Notes: generated by a model from the sequence alone, not told the origin. Positions 32,065 to 43,641 are shown, counted from the first letter of the stretch. The stretch is DNA of 64,000 nucleotides from an uncultured cyanobacterium (GCA_963719515.1 CAVRCJ010000001.1:64001-128000); one strand, 5' to 3'. Made by a program: numbers and translations.

Positions 32065-32279
32065 GATTTTGTTGAGTTAATGGGCAAGAAGCCCAAAAAC
32101 TTGGCCATCCCGGACTATGGCATGTCTAGGATGGCCTCTTGCGATTGGTTAAAATCACAAAAGTCCAAGACAGCGTACATCTGTCGCGGGCTAGGGCGCG
32201 ATCGTCACCGTGAATGGCGATCGCGTCCGCTGCTGACCAAATTTTTGGGAAGGTAGAGCTAGGTGTTAAACAGCTCTAG
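32065..32279 (-). ncRNA. Putative structured 5' leader RNA, copy A
   Basis: Six hairpins and a CCCAA.A.TTTGGTCA box shared with 56993..57207. Confidence 0.6.
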
Positions 32280-32285
32280 ATAGAG

Positions 32286-32314
32286 AGGATAGCGCACCTA
32301 GTACAAAGGGGCAA
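32286..32314 (-). promoter_or_regulatory. Putative sigma70 promoter of cassette A
   Basis: TTGCCC-N17-TATCCT; same arrangement in copy B. Confidence 0.6.
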
Positions 32315-32632
32315 GTGTGTTGTGCTCTTGGCAAAGGGCCCCACCTTTCCCCTACGTCTGCCCAGCCACCGAGCTGATGGCCCGACAGATGCGCCTTTTC
32401 GACGTCCAGATAATGGCCGCCACCACCGCCAGCCCCACCCCAGCCAACCCATAGGTGGAGGCAAAACCGACGCTAGCGCTAATGGGTTGGGAGACAATGG
32501 GCGACAGAAACTGTCCCAGAAAATGGTGGCCCCCGACAGATCATCGTTTCCAGCGGCACCTGACAACCGATGCCGCCAGAGCCGCCGGTAAGGGCAGCAA
32601 CCTTTCCATTCAAATTCACAGATTTTCCACCC

Positions 32633-33435
<803 letters not shown>

Positions 33436-33602
33436 CAAAGGGCTTTGCGAGTGGGCGATCGCTCACTTTGATGAGGTGGAGGTAGCGCGAGAACAGACCT
33501 GCGTCACGGAGCCGTAGGGCCAAGTGCTGAAAATCCATGCTGGAGCAGTCTGAGGAAGCTTCACGGGAACGCTCTCAATTTACGTACGGCGTAGGCTTAT
33601 TG

Positions 33603-33660
33603 TGAGACTTGTGCTCTTACGGTAAGTCTGATAATAATACTATTAATCTCATATTAATAT
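33603..33660 (+). repeat. 58-bp composite palindromic site, copy 1
   Basis: TGAGAC-N5-CTCTTA-N3-TAAGTC-N17-ATCTCA-N3-TAATAT. Confidence 0.55.
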
Positions 33661-33722
33661 AAAGGGGTGCAGCGGCGCTTCGGGACCGCTCCTAGGGCTG
33701 CGGCCCGCCCACCCAAAGACCA

Positions 33723-35669
33723 TCACGTTCTGAGCACCCGTCCAGCATTCAAAATAGCCAGTAGAGCTACCCCCACATCAGCGAACACCGCTTCCCAAAG
33801 CGTGGCGATGCCTATTGCACCTAGGGCAATGAAAAGGGCTTTGACAGCCATAGCAAGAATGATGTTTTGCCAAACAATCTTCAGGGTTCTGCGGGCGATC
33901 GCGATCGCTTCAGCCACCTTGGCGGGCGAGTCGGTCATAATCACCACGTCGGCGGTCTCGATGGCCGCATCGGAGCCCAAGGCCCCCATCGCGATACCCA
34001 CGTCAGCCCGAGCGATCGCCGGGGCGTCGTTGATGCCGTCTCCCACGAAAGCAACTTTGCCGTTGGTTCGCTTGGCCTGCTGTAGGAACGCTTCTAGGGC
34101 ATTGACCTTATCCTCAGGCAAAAGCTCAGCGCGGTGCTGGTCAATCCCGATTCTCTGCGCAATGCCGTCGGCAACGGATTGGCGATCGCCCGTAAGCATG
34201 GCGGTCTCAATGCCCTGAACTTTCAGGGTACGAATGGCCTCGGCGGCATCGGGCTTCAGCGCATCGGCGATGAGAATCCGTCCGGTATACGTCCCTTCTA
34301 CGGCAAGATGGACCACTGTCCCCTCCATCTCACAGGCCTCATGGGGGACAGACTCTCGGTGCAGCAGCCGGTCATTCCCCGCAATCACTCGCTGCCCGTT
34401 CACGCGGGCGCGAATGCCGTGGCCCGAAATCTCTTCGTAGTCTCGCACCTCAGACCCATTCACCGGCTGTCCGTAGGCCCGCCGAATCGACTGCGCCACA
34501 GGATGATTGGACTGAGACTCAGCTTGGGCCGCTAGGGCCAGCAGTTGCCCTTGGCTCAAGCCGTTTTCGGAAACCACCTCGACAACTCGAAAGTTGCCCT
34601 GGGTGAGGGTACCCGTCTTGTCAAACACCACCGTCTTCACCTGGGTTAAGGTATCCAAGAACGTCGAACCCTTAACCAAAATGCCGCGCTTCGCCGCCCC
34701 GCCCACGCCGCCAAAGTAGCCTAAAGGAATGCTAATGACGAGGCCGCAGGGGCAGGAAATCACCAGCAGGACTAAAGCCCTGTAGGTCCATTCCGCTGGC
34801 GTTGCACCGGGCAGCAGCAGCGGCGGCAGAATCGCCACGGCCAAGGAGAGAACCACCACCACAGGGGTGTAGTAGCGGGCGAAGCGGGTGATGAACTTCT
34901 CGGTGTCGGCCTTTTTACTGCTGGCGCTTTCCACCAGCTCTAAAATTCTAGAAATAGAGGACGCTTCAAAGGGCTTGGTGACCCGCACGGTAAGCGCTCC
35001 GGACTGATTGATCATGCCCGCCAGCACGGAGTCGCCTACAGACAAACGGCGGGGCATCGACTCCCCCGTGAGCGCAGAGGTGTCAACCTGAGTGCTCCCT
35101 TCTAGGACTTCCCCGTCTAGAGGCACTTTTTCCCCAGGGCGCACCAAAATTACGTCCCCAACGCTCACCGAGTCCGGAGAGACCTGGCGAACTTCCCCGT
35201 TGACCTTCAAATTGGCCGTATCCGGTCGCACCTCTAGCAGCGCCTTAATCGACCGCCGCGATCGCCCTACGGAATAGCCCTGGAACAGCTCCCCCACCTG
35301 AAAGAACAGCATTACGGCTACCGCTTCAGGAATTTCGTGAATGGCGATCGCCCCTAGGGTTGCGATGGTCATCAAAAAATTCTCGTCAAAAATTCGTCCC
35401 CGCACAATGTTGCGTCCGGCAGTGGTCAGCACGCTCCAGCCGCTGAGCAGATAGGCAGGCATTAGAACCGCGTATTCGGCGATGGCGAAGGGGGTATTGT
35501 GCAGCGCGGTATTGAAGATTAGCCCCACCAGAAACAAGACAGCGGCGATCGCGATGGGCGGTAGTTCGTTGCGCAGGTCAAACTCGTCTGAGTCGTGCCT
35601 GTGTCCATGGCTATGATTGTGCCCAGGGTCATGGCCGCAGCTACCGCACCCGGCGTGGAATTCTGTCAT
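33723..35669 (-). CDS. ziaA: Zn/Cd-exporting P1B-type ATPase
   Basis: His-rich N-terminus, LTGES, SCPC, DKTGTLT, GDGINDAP. Confidence 0.9.
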   Translation of the reverse strand: MTEFHAGCGSCGHDPGHNHSHGHRHDSDEFDLRNELPPIAIAAVLFLVGLIFNTALHNTPFAIAEYAVLMPAYLLSGWSVLTTAGRNIVRGRIFDENFLMTIATLGAIAIHEIPEAVAVMLFFQVGELFQGYSVGRSRRSIKALLEVRPDTANLKVNGEVRQVSPDSVSVGDVILVRPGEKVPLDGEVLEGSTQVDTSALTGESMPRRLSVGDSVLAGMINQSGALTVRVTKPFEASSISRILELVESASSKKADTEKFITRFARYYTPVVVVLSLAVAILPPLLLPGATPAEWTYRALVLLVISCPCGLVISIPLGYFGGVGGAAKRGILVKGSTFLDTLTQVKTVVFDKTGTLTQGNFRVVEVVSENGLSQGQLLALAAQAESQSNHPVAQSIRRAYGQPVNGSEVRDYEEISGHGIRARVNGQRVIAGNDRLLHRESVPHEACEMEGTVVHLAVEGTYTGRILIADALKPDAAEAIRTLKVQGIETAMLTGDRQSVADGIAQRIGIDQHRAELLPEDKVNALEAFLQQAKRTNGKVAFVGDGINDAPAIARADVGIAMGALGSDAAIETADVVIMTDSPAKVAEAIAIARRTLKIVWQNIILAMAVKALFIALGAIGIATLWEAVFADVGVALLAILNAGRVLRT

Positions 35670-35691
35670 AGGTTTTGCTCAGAAAAGCTTG

Positions 35692-35717
35692 AACAACTGA
35701 AGGGATATTCAGATATT
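35692..35717. promoter_or_regulatory. SmtB/ZiaR-type 12-2-12 operator upstream of ziaA
   Basis: AACAACTGAAGG-GA-TATTCAGATATT. Confidence 0.75.
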
Positions 35718-35770
35718 AGGAAGCAGCACGGGCTGTTGACAACCGTAGCGATATCTTTGTGGAGGTGAGC

Positions 35771-36994
35771 TTACGCCTCGTCGACATGCTCAGCCACATC
35801 TCGGTAAGGGACATTCAAGCAAAACGTCGTCCCAACTTGAGCGTCTAGACTTAGAAGGAGTTGTTGAAACCGGGTAGGCAAGAGTGGAACTGACAGAAGG
35901 TGTTAAATCGCTTTTCATTGAGACCGCAGAAACGCTCAAAGGGCACGAGCGCCGTCGTTTCATGGCAAAGACAGTTACCGAACTGGGGCCAGGAGGGCAA
36001 CGGCTGGCCGAGCGGGAGCTGGGGTGGAGCCGCGAGGTGATTCGAAAAGGGCAGCGAGAAGTGAGCAGCGGCATCATCTGCATCGATAACTTCAAGGGGA
36101 GGGGACGAAACCCAACAGAGCACTACTTGCCGAGGCTGGTAGAAGATTTACGCTCTATCGTCGATAGTCAAAGTCAAAGCGACCCGCAGTTCAAAAACCA
36201 GCGGCTATACACCCGGCTGAGCGTAGCGCAGGTAAGGTCGCAGCTGATTGAGAGCAAAGGCTACCTATCAGAGGAATTGCCCAGCAACGAACCTGGCTTA
36301 CTATCCGCCCTACCACAGCAAGTACAACCCTGTTGAGCGCGTTTGGGGCATCTTAGAGCAGCACTGGAACGGCAGCATCCTCGATGAGGTTGACACCGTG
36401 GTGCGCTTTGCCCGAACGATGTGCTGGCGAGGACGACCTCCAGTGGTCACCTTGGTGACGAAGACCTATCAAACTGGGGTCAAGCTGACTCAAAAAGCGA
36501 TGGTCCAGGTGGAACAACAAATCCAAAGACTCTCTCACACTGACCAAGAAGGGCTCCCTGACCTCGGCAAGTGGTTTGTGGACATCCCCTGGACCACAGC
36601 TTGAGCATTGGCATACTTTTTTCTTTGAATGTCCCTAAAGCGCCACAATATGCTCATCCGCTAGGCTGTAGTAGACGTTGCGGCCCTGGCGGCGATATTT
36701 AACTAACCGGTGCGATCGCAGTACCCGCAGCTGGTGCGACACCGCTGATTCTCCCATTGTGACGGCAGCGGCTAAGTCACAGACGCAAAGCTCCTGCTGT
36801 GCTAGGGCTGAGAGCAGCTTTAGTCGGTGGGGGTCGGAGAGGGCGCTAAAAAATTCTGCCATCCGCTGCGCTTTCTCCGTTTCAAGCACTTTGGGCTGGA
36901 CCTGACGCACGTTGTTGAGGTGGACGAGCGGTTCCGCACAACCGGGAATATTGGGGCGAGGATCTCTTTCTTTGGCGGAGCGAGAGGCGACCAT
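35771..36994 (-). pseudogene. ziaR: ArsR/SmtB zinc-responsive repressor, C-terminus cut off by IS
   Basis: [25 protein letters not shown]; remaining YRDVAEHVDEA* lies at 35771..35806. Confidence 0.88.
35808..36635 (+). mobile_element. ISAzo13-family element, internally deleted (828 bp)
   Basis: Inverted repeats GGGACATTCAA, 3-bp TAA duplication; N-terminal transposase part fused out of frame to YYPPYHSKYNPVER...LEQHWNG C-terminal part. Confidence 0.9.
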
Positions 36995-37044
36995 GATGAG
37001 CGAACCTCGAAGTATTTCTGTAACCTATGGTACTAGTGATCCCT

Positions 37045-37070
37045 GTCACCTGAACGCTTGTTCAGATAAG
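37045..37070. promoter_or_regulatory. Second SmtB/ZiaR-type operator upstream of ziaR
   Basis: GTCACCTGAACG-CT-TGTTCAGATAAG. Confidence 0.7.
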
Positions 37071-37263
37071 TTAGCATTCTTGCAACCTGTGCTAGATGGC
37101 GTGCTGCGTACCTGTACTCAGTCTAGCCAAGGCGAAGGGGTGGCATCTTGAAATGCTCAGCGCAACTGCTGATGGAGTTTCAGCATCAGGTTGTCTACAT
37201 AATTTCAATCTTATTGAGCTTATAGCCCCCTTTAGACCAGCGATTACGCTGTGCTAGCCAAAA

Positions 37264-38022
37264 ATGTACAACCTAAAGAATTTCGCGAAAGAAGATGTGT
37301 TTGAGAGTGCAATAGCGCTTCGGAACATGGATAATGAGTCAGCTAATACTGAAGAAACTGCCAACAAAATAGTCAAATATATTTATAGCAAATTTACCTT
37401 TCCTGATACTGAAGAAAGCGCCTGTGCTTTAGTCCGTTTTTTTAAAACCCATCCCTATCAGCTGCTAGAAGATGACGTTCAGAAAGCGGCTCAGGCGCTT
37501 ATAGGCAGGGAGGATATACCTGCTGCTACACAATGTCTAACGTTGCTCGGAACTGCTGGCGACAGGCCAGAGTGGAATTTCAGGCAAGGGTCAAACGGGC
37601 ATCAGGCAATTCCGCTAATCGACGGAGACTTTGTGCGCGGCATCCCTATGATTTTTCAGCTGATTAGGCAATTCGGCTTAGATGTTAGCACTGTGCTTGA
37701 AGGCTCTCCTACCATGATTACTCAGTCTGCCTGCAGGGGATTCAACGTTTTCTACGTTCCTGAAGCCTTGGACAGTCCCTATATTCCTGCCCAAAGTGAT
37801 TTTGTGGCTCCCCATAAGGTTCAGTCGGTTTTAGGGTTTGGCGGGTTATTGGCGACTGGAGACTTATTCGCGGTTATTCTATTCAGTAAAGTTTTTATCC
37901 CGCTTGAAACAGCCAAACAGTTTAAGTGGCTCTCGGCTTATGTTCGTCTTGCTGCTGAGAAGTTTGATCGGGAGAAAACCTTTGCTAGAAGCTTGAAGCC
38001 ACAGAGCCCGGTAAAATCCTGA
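37264..38022 (+). CDS. Hypothetical protein, possible stand-alone GAF-like sensory domain
   Basis: 252 aa, AT-richer than neighbours; CALVRFFKTH, SVLGFGG.L..GDLFAVILFS. Confidence 0.7.
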   Translation: MYNLKNFAKEDVFESAIALRNMDNESANTEETANKIVKYIYSKFTFPDTEESACALVRFFKTHPYQLLEDDVQKAAQALIGREDIPAATQCLTLLGTAGDRPEWNFRQGSNGHQAIPLIDGDFVRGIPMIFQLIRQFGLDVSTVLEGSPTMITQSACRGFNVFYVPEALDSPYIPAQSDFVAPHKVQSVLGFGGLLATGDLFAVILFSKVFIPLETAKQFKWLSAYVRLAAEKFDREKTFARSLKPQSPVKS

Positions 38023-38099
38023 CGGACTTCGCTGGGAGGAGATGCGGCGTACTGCATCTTCGAGAATGGCCCGCAGTTCAGCAGCGCCAAAGTTTGCTT

Positions 38100-38157
38100 G
38101 TCTCGCGTCAAGACTCGCTTCATCAATATTAGTCTAACTATGAGATACGCAGTCTCT
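38100..38157 (-). repeat. 58-bp composite palindromic site, copy 2
   Basis: Minus strand AGAGAC-N5-ATCTCA-N3-TTAGAC-N17-GTCTTG-N3-CGAGAC. Confidence 0.6.
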
Positions 38158-38272
38158 CATGAGACAAGGTGGTGGGGCGATCGCTCCCTGCCGCCCGCCT
38201 CGCGCAGGCGTTCTAATTAGGCCCTAATATAAAGCTCTAAGCGCCGTTATTGTCAGGCGTAGCAGGAGCAGC

Positions 38273-40052
38273 TTGGTTGATTCTCAGCCCCAATCCTCTT
38301 CCCTACGGCATCTACGGCGGGTGCTGGGTCGTCTCGCCGCCTATCCCGCCCTTGCCCTCGGCACGTTGGGGAGTGCCCTGCTGCTGGTGGCGGCCTATGT
38401 GGCCACGCCGCAGCTGTTCCGCTGGGCCATCGACGAGGGCATCACCAAAGGCAACTTCACCGTCATCCTGCACAGCGGCATTGGGCTATTGATCGCCGCC
38501 GTGGCCCGTGGCCTGTTCAACTTTGGACAGAGCTTTTGCGCCGAGGCCCTGTCCCAAAGCGTGGTCTACGACCTGCGCAACCGCATCTTTAGCAAAATTC
38601 AGACCCTCAGCTTTAGCTACCACGACCAGGCCCAGACCTCTCAGCTGCTGACGCGGGTGACCAGCGACATTGAGCAGATTCGCACTTTTTTGAGCACCAA
38701 CCTGGTGCAGGTGATCAGCGGCTCCGTCACCCTGGTGACCATCGCCGTGCTGCTGCTGGTGATGAACTGGGAGCTGGCCCTGATCAGCCTGACGGTGGTG
38801 CCCATCGCGGGGTGGCTAATGGCGCGGTTTTTTAGCCGCAATAACCTACTGTTTCGCCGGGTTCAAGAGCAGCTCAGCGATCTCAACGGGGTGCTGCAGG
38901 AAAATCTGCTGGGGGTGCGGGTGGTGAAGGCCTTTGTGCGGGGGCCGGTGGAAACCGAGCGCTATACCCGGCTCAACCAGGACCTGGTGGCCGCTAACCT
39001 GAAGACCATCCAGGCAATCCGCAATACGTTTCCGTTTATGTTCCTGGCCAGCAACCTGGTGATTGTGGTGGTGATCGGCTACGGCGGGGCGGCGGTGATT
39101 GACCAGCGCTTTTCGGTGGGGGAGCTGGTGGCCTTTAACGCCTATCTGCTGCTGATTTTGCAGCCGATTTTGCTGATTGGCTTTGCGGCCCCGGCGATCG
39201 CCCAGGCGGCGGCTTCGGCGGAGCGGGTCTATGAGGTGGTGGACGCTGAGGTTGAAATTAAGGACCGGCCCCGGGCGGTGCCCTTCGAGCGATTGCGGCG
39301 GCAGAATCACCTTCGAAGACGTCTCCTTCCGCTATCCGGGGGCCACTACCCCGGCCCTGTGCCACATTTCTTTTGAAACCAAGCCCAACGAGCTAATCGC
39401 TATTTTGGGCATGACCGGCTCGGGCAAGAGCACCGTCACCAACCTGATTCCTCGCTTTTACGACGTAACCTCGGGGGCAGTGCGCATCGACGGGCGAGAC
39501 GTGCGGGACTTTACCCTCCACAGTTTGCGATCGCGCATCAGCACGGTGTTTCAGGAGACTACTCTGTTCTCGGGCACGATTTTTTCTAACATCGCCTACG
39601 CCAAGCCCGAGGCTACCCTAGACCAGGTGATGGAGGCGGCGAAAGCGGCCCAAATCCACGACTTTGTGGCTGGCCTGCCGGAGGGCTACGACACGGAGGT
39701 GGGAGAGCGAGGGGTGGGGCTTTCGGGCGGCCAGAAGCAGCGGGTGGCGATCGCCCGTACTCTGCTTACGGACTACAAGATTTTGATTCTGGATGACAGC
39801 ACTTCTGCGGTGGATGCCCAGACCGCTGCCCAGATTCAGGCGTCGCTGGATGACCTGATGCGCCGCCGCACCTGCACGTCGTTTGTGGTGGCGCAGCGAA
39901 TTAGCACGGTGCGCAATGCGGACCGGATTTTGCTGATGGATAAGGGGCGACTGGTGGCGCAGGGGACCCATGAGTTGCTGATGGCGAGCAGTCCGCTGTA
40001 TGGGGTGATTTTGGAGTCTCAGGTTGGGGCAGCCCCGGCGCTGACGGGGTGA
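38273..40052 (+). CDS. ABC exporter permease/ATP-binding subunit A, frameshift near 39292
   Basis: TM domain; GMTGSGKS, LSGGQKQR, degenerate Walker B ILDDS. Confidence 0.88.
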
Positions 40053-40072
40053 GCTATGGTTGTGATATTTTC

Positions 40073-40303
40073 ATGAGCATGGGGATAGTCAACACCATTG
40101 CAGAATTTGCCACGGCTCAGGGCTGCAAGAATGCCTACGAGTTTTGGAAGCTTACAGGGCTATCCCAACCCACTGCTTACCGCCTCTACAATGACCGCGA
40201 CGCATTCCCCTCGAAAGAGACGCAGGCGGCTATCTGCAGCGCGTTCAATGCACAGCCAGGCGATTTCCTGCGGTATTTAGAAGATGGCGAGGATTGTAGC
40301 TAA
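40073..40303 (+). CDS. Small Cro/C1-type HTH protein
   Basis: AYEFWKLTGLSQPTAYRLYND...ICSAFNAQPGDFL. Confidence 0.75.
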   Translation: MSMGIVNTIAEFATAQGCKNAYEFWKLTGLSQPTAYRLYNDRDAFPSKETQAAICSAFNAQPGDFLRYLEDGEDCS

Positions 40304-40631
40304 CCCGCTCGCGCGCTCCTGGATCTTTGTTTGGCCGTGTGGATGTCTTTTACCAGCACCTGCAGCAAGTCTTTGGCAAAGCGTTGGTCAACCCTGTCCA
40401 ATACAACCCCACAAGACATCACGCATTGGCGAACGATGGGCCGACGCTATAGCTACACTTGAGATAGCGTTACCCTAGCCCACTATGTCTGCAAGTGACC
40501 CTCTGAGTCCTACCCATACTGTGCTGGAAGCCGTAATACAGGAGATTAGGCGAACGCTATCTGAGCATTTGCCCAATTTTCTATAAATGATTCGACTGTT
40601 TCGAGCAAGTGTCGCCCTAAAGGCGGCTTAG

Positions 40632-40760
40632 GAAAGCTTTCGTCAAGGTTGGCATGAGGAAATGAGCGGGCAAGCGCTGCTGCGCTCTGAACTCTGGCGA
40701 GATATTGATGCCGAGTGAGCGATCGTTGGTCAATCTTGAGTTTCGCCTGAATCTGTATAC
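40632..40760 (+). pseudogene. Remnant of a type II toxin-antitoxin pair
   Basis: ESFRQGWHEEMSGQ....SELWRDIDAE* resembles cyanobacterial antitoxin C-termini; overlapping ATG at 40708 (MPSERSLVNLEF) resembles a RelE-type start. Confidence 0.5.
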
Positions 40761-41263
40761 AACTAGCTATGAGCTGAATATCGCTTTTCGGGTATGGCTA
40801 CGCTGGGTCGGTAGGCAACCTAACTAAACTATTGATGCTGACTTAAAAATGCCTACCTATCTCCATGGATGCTATTGAACACTATTTATGAAGACTGTTG
40901 AGTTTTTAAAATTTAGCCTAATCTATAACTTTTCGCGCTCTAGAAAAGCAATAACCTATTAGAACAATAGACAAGCTTTTCGGCGGTCCAAAATAGTTAA
41001 CAATTATTAACAAACTAATCTTTTGATTTCTTTAATTAGCTCAAATTCAGTCGCAGAGTGAATTTCGGCATAATGCATGCTTGTCCTTCAAGTTCAAATG
41101 CCCTAAAAATATAGATAATTCATACCAAGCTATACTATACGGCTTGATATGCCTTCAACACAAAGCTTTGAGCTAATGGCTAAGATGAATTTAGTACAAA
41201 GACTCAGCGTCATAATTCGCTGTGATTTACTGGGTCTTTCCCAATTAGAAAAGGACTGTTGAA

Positions 41264-41506
41264 ATGCCAAAAAATATGAAGCCAAACTTTCCGTACGCTC
41301 GCTTTATGCCAGATAACTTTTTTTCTTTCCTGCTGTTTTTGATTGCGCTGACGCTTCTTCTTCCTCGACCTGTGCAAATTATCTACACTAATAACTCACC
41401 CAACACAACTGCAAAGCAATCTAATCCTGTGGAGACAGATATCAATAATGAATCCCCTAACGCAGCTATAGAAGAGTCTGAGCGCGCTGAAGAAGACACC
41501 CCATAA
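41264..41506 (+). CDS. Small single-pass membrane hypothetical protein
   Basis: AAGGA upstream of ATG; one TM helix and acidic tail. Confidence 0.5.
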   Translation: MPKNMKPNFPYARFMPDNFFSFLLFLIALTLLLPRPVQIIYTNNSPNTTAKQSNPVETDINNESPNAAIEESERAEEDTP

Positions 41507-41779
41507 GTGTTCAGGAACTAGACGATCTTGTACAGTGAATAGAACTTGTTGCTGTTGCCAAAGACCATTCTATGGAGCAAAATATTTGCGAAACTCTTGA
41601 ACCCCGCTACGTCTCTCGCTCACCTGTGATTGAGCGAATTCGTCAGCGTTGGTCAACCTTATCCAATACGACCCCAGAAGACATGAGCATTGGCGAACAG
41701 TAGGCCGTCTTGATAGAGTTCTATCACCCAGCGATCGCCTGCTCCGCTCAGACAACTCTTATTCCCCCGCACCTACCCC

Positions 41780-43549
41780 ATGACCGCTCTCCCCCTCGCG
41801 GCACCCCCGCCCGCTAAGCCCAAGCTCTCCACCGCGAGGCGGTTCCTGCAATACTTCGCCCCCTACCGCCAAGAGCTCCCCGTGGCCCTGCTGCTAGTCG
41901 CCATCGGGGCCACCACCCAGGCCATCGGCCCGCTGCTCATCGGCTGGTCCATCGACAACCTCATCCTCAAGGGCAACCTGCCGGGCCTGCTGCGGATGCT
42001 GGCTCTGCTCACCGCCATCTACTTCATAGGTCTGTGGGCCATTCGCGGGCAGATTTTGCGCATGGGCTCCATCGTGCAGCGGCTGCTGGGGCAGCTCCGG
42101 CAGGATATCTTCGACAAGGTGCAGAGCCTGCCGGTGAGCTTCTTTGACCGCAGCGAATCCGGGGACCTGATGAGCCGCCTGCTCAACGACGTGAACACGG
42201 TCAACCAGGCCTTTGGGCTGACGATTCCCCAGATGCTGGGCCAGACCTTTAGCCTGGTGGGCATCATCATCGCCATGCTCTCCATCAACCTGCAGCTGGG
42301 GCTGCTGAGCAACCTGGTGGTGCCGCTGATGATCTTCACCACGGCGGTCTTCTCCCGCTGGGCCCGAAAGCGGTTTCGCGTTACCCGGCAGACCATCGGC
42401 GACCTGTCCGCCAAGCTGGAAGAGGACATCGGCAGCGTGCGCGAGGCTCAGGCGTTTAACCGCACCCAGCTCAACATTGAAGAATTTGACAGCCTCAACG
42501 CCGCCAACCGCCGCGCCAACGTGCAGGCCGTAGCGGTGACGGCGGCGTTCTTGCCCTCCATCGACTTCCTCAATACCCTGGCGATCGCCGGCGTGATGAC
42601 CTACGGCGGCTACCTCGCGGTGAACGGGGTGATGACAGTGGGCACGGTGACCGCCTTTTTGCTCTACGTGCAGCAGTTCTTTCGCCCGATTCAGATTCTC
42701 AGCCAGTTCTACACCCAGGCCCAGTCTGCCCTAGCGGGACTAGACCGCATCTTTTCGCTGCTGGATGAGCCCGCCACCTTAAAAGACGCTACCGACGCCA
42801 CCGAGATGCCCCCCATTCGCGGGGAGGTGCGCTTTGAGCAAGTGGAGTTTGGCTACACCGCCACTCAGCGGGTGCTCCAAGGGATAAACCTCTGCGCTCA
42901 GCCGGGGGAGATGATCGCCTTAGTGGGGCCGACGGGGGCGGGGAAAAGTACGATCATTAACTTGATTTTGCGGTTTTACGACGTCTCAGCGGGGGCCGTC
43001 AAAATTGACGGCATCGATGTGCGCCAGGTGACCCAGGCCAGCCTGCGGCGGCAGATTGGCATCGTGCTGCAGGACAACCTGCTGTTTAGCGGCACTGTGG
43101 CCGAAAATATCGCCTTTGGGGCTCCCGACGCCAGCCAGGCCGACATTGAAGCTGCGGCCCAGGCCGCCAACGCCCACGAGTTCATTACCCTGCTGCCCCA
43201 GGGCTACAGCACCCGCCTGGGAGAGCGGGGCGCGCCTTTGAGTCAGGGGCAGCGGCAGCTGGTGAGCATTGCCCGCGCGGTGCTGATCGACCCGCGCATT
43301 TTGGTGCTGGATGAGGCCACCAGCAGCATCGACACCCGCACCGAAGGGCTGGTGCAGGCGGCGATCGCCACCCTCCTGCAGGGGCGCACCAGCTTTGTGA
43401 TTGCCCACCGCCTCAGCACGGTCACCCAGGCGGATCAGGTGCTGGTGATTCAGCAGGGGGCGATCGCAGAGCGAGGCTCCCACAGCGAGCTGATGGCGCT
43501 CCAGGGCATCTATGCCAACCTGTATGGCTTACAGCTCGGGAGCGACTGA
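41780..43549 (+). CDS. ABC exporter permease/ATP-binding subunit B
   Basis: GPTGAGKS, LSQGQRQ, VLDEATS, IAHRLST. Confidence 0.93.
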   Translation: MTALPLAAPPPAKPKLSTARRFLQYFAPYRQELPVALLLVAIGATTQAIGPLLIGWSIDNLILKGNLPGLLRMLALLTAIYFIGLWAIRGQILRMGSIVQRLLGQLRQDIFDKVQSLPVSFFDRSESGDLMSRLLNDVNTVNQAFGLTIPQMLGQTFSLVGIIIAMLSINLQLGLLSNLVVPLMIFTTAVFSRWARKRFRVTRQTIGDLSAKLEEDIGSVREAQAFNRTQLNIEEFDSLNAANRRANVQAVAVTAAFLPSIDFLNTLAIAGVMTYGGYLAVNGVMTVGTVTAFLLYVQQFFRPIQILSQFYTQAQSALAGLDRIFSLLDEPATLKDATDATEMPPIRGEVRFEQVEFGYTATQRVLQGINLCAQPGEMIALVGPTGAGKSTIINLILRFYDVSAGAVKIDGIDVRQVTQASLRRQIGIVLQDNLLFSGTVAENIAFGAPDASQADIEAAAQAANAHEFITLLPQGYSTRLGERGAPLSQGQRQLVSIARAVLIDPRILVLDEATSSIDTRTEGLVQAAIATLLQGRTSFVIAHRLSTVTQADQVLVIQQGAIAERGSHSELMALQGIYANLYGLQLGSD

Positions 43550-43641
43550 CGTCGAGGCTGTGAGGCTAGCGGTAGATCGGTCTGCGAGCCGGGGCTTAGT
43601 GAGCACAACGTCTGATGGGATGGGGCGGCTTGGTACGGGGT

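Noticed and set aside
41570..41702. 43-codon ORF MEQNICETLE... before ABC subunit B
   Set aside because: Short and without a recognisable motif; cannot support as a gene
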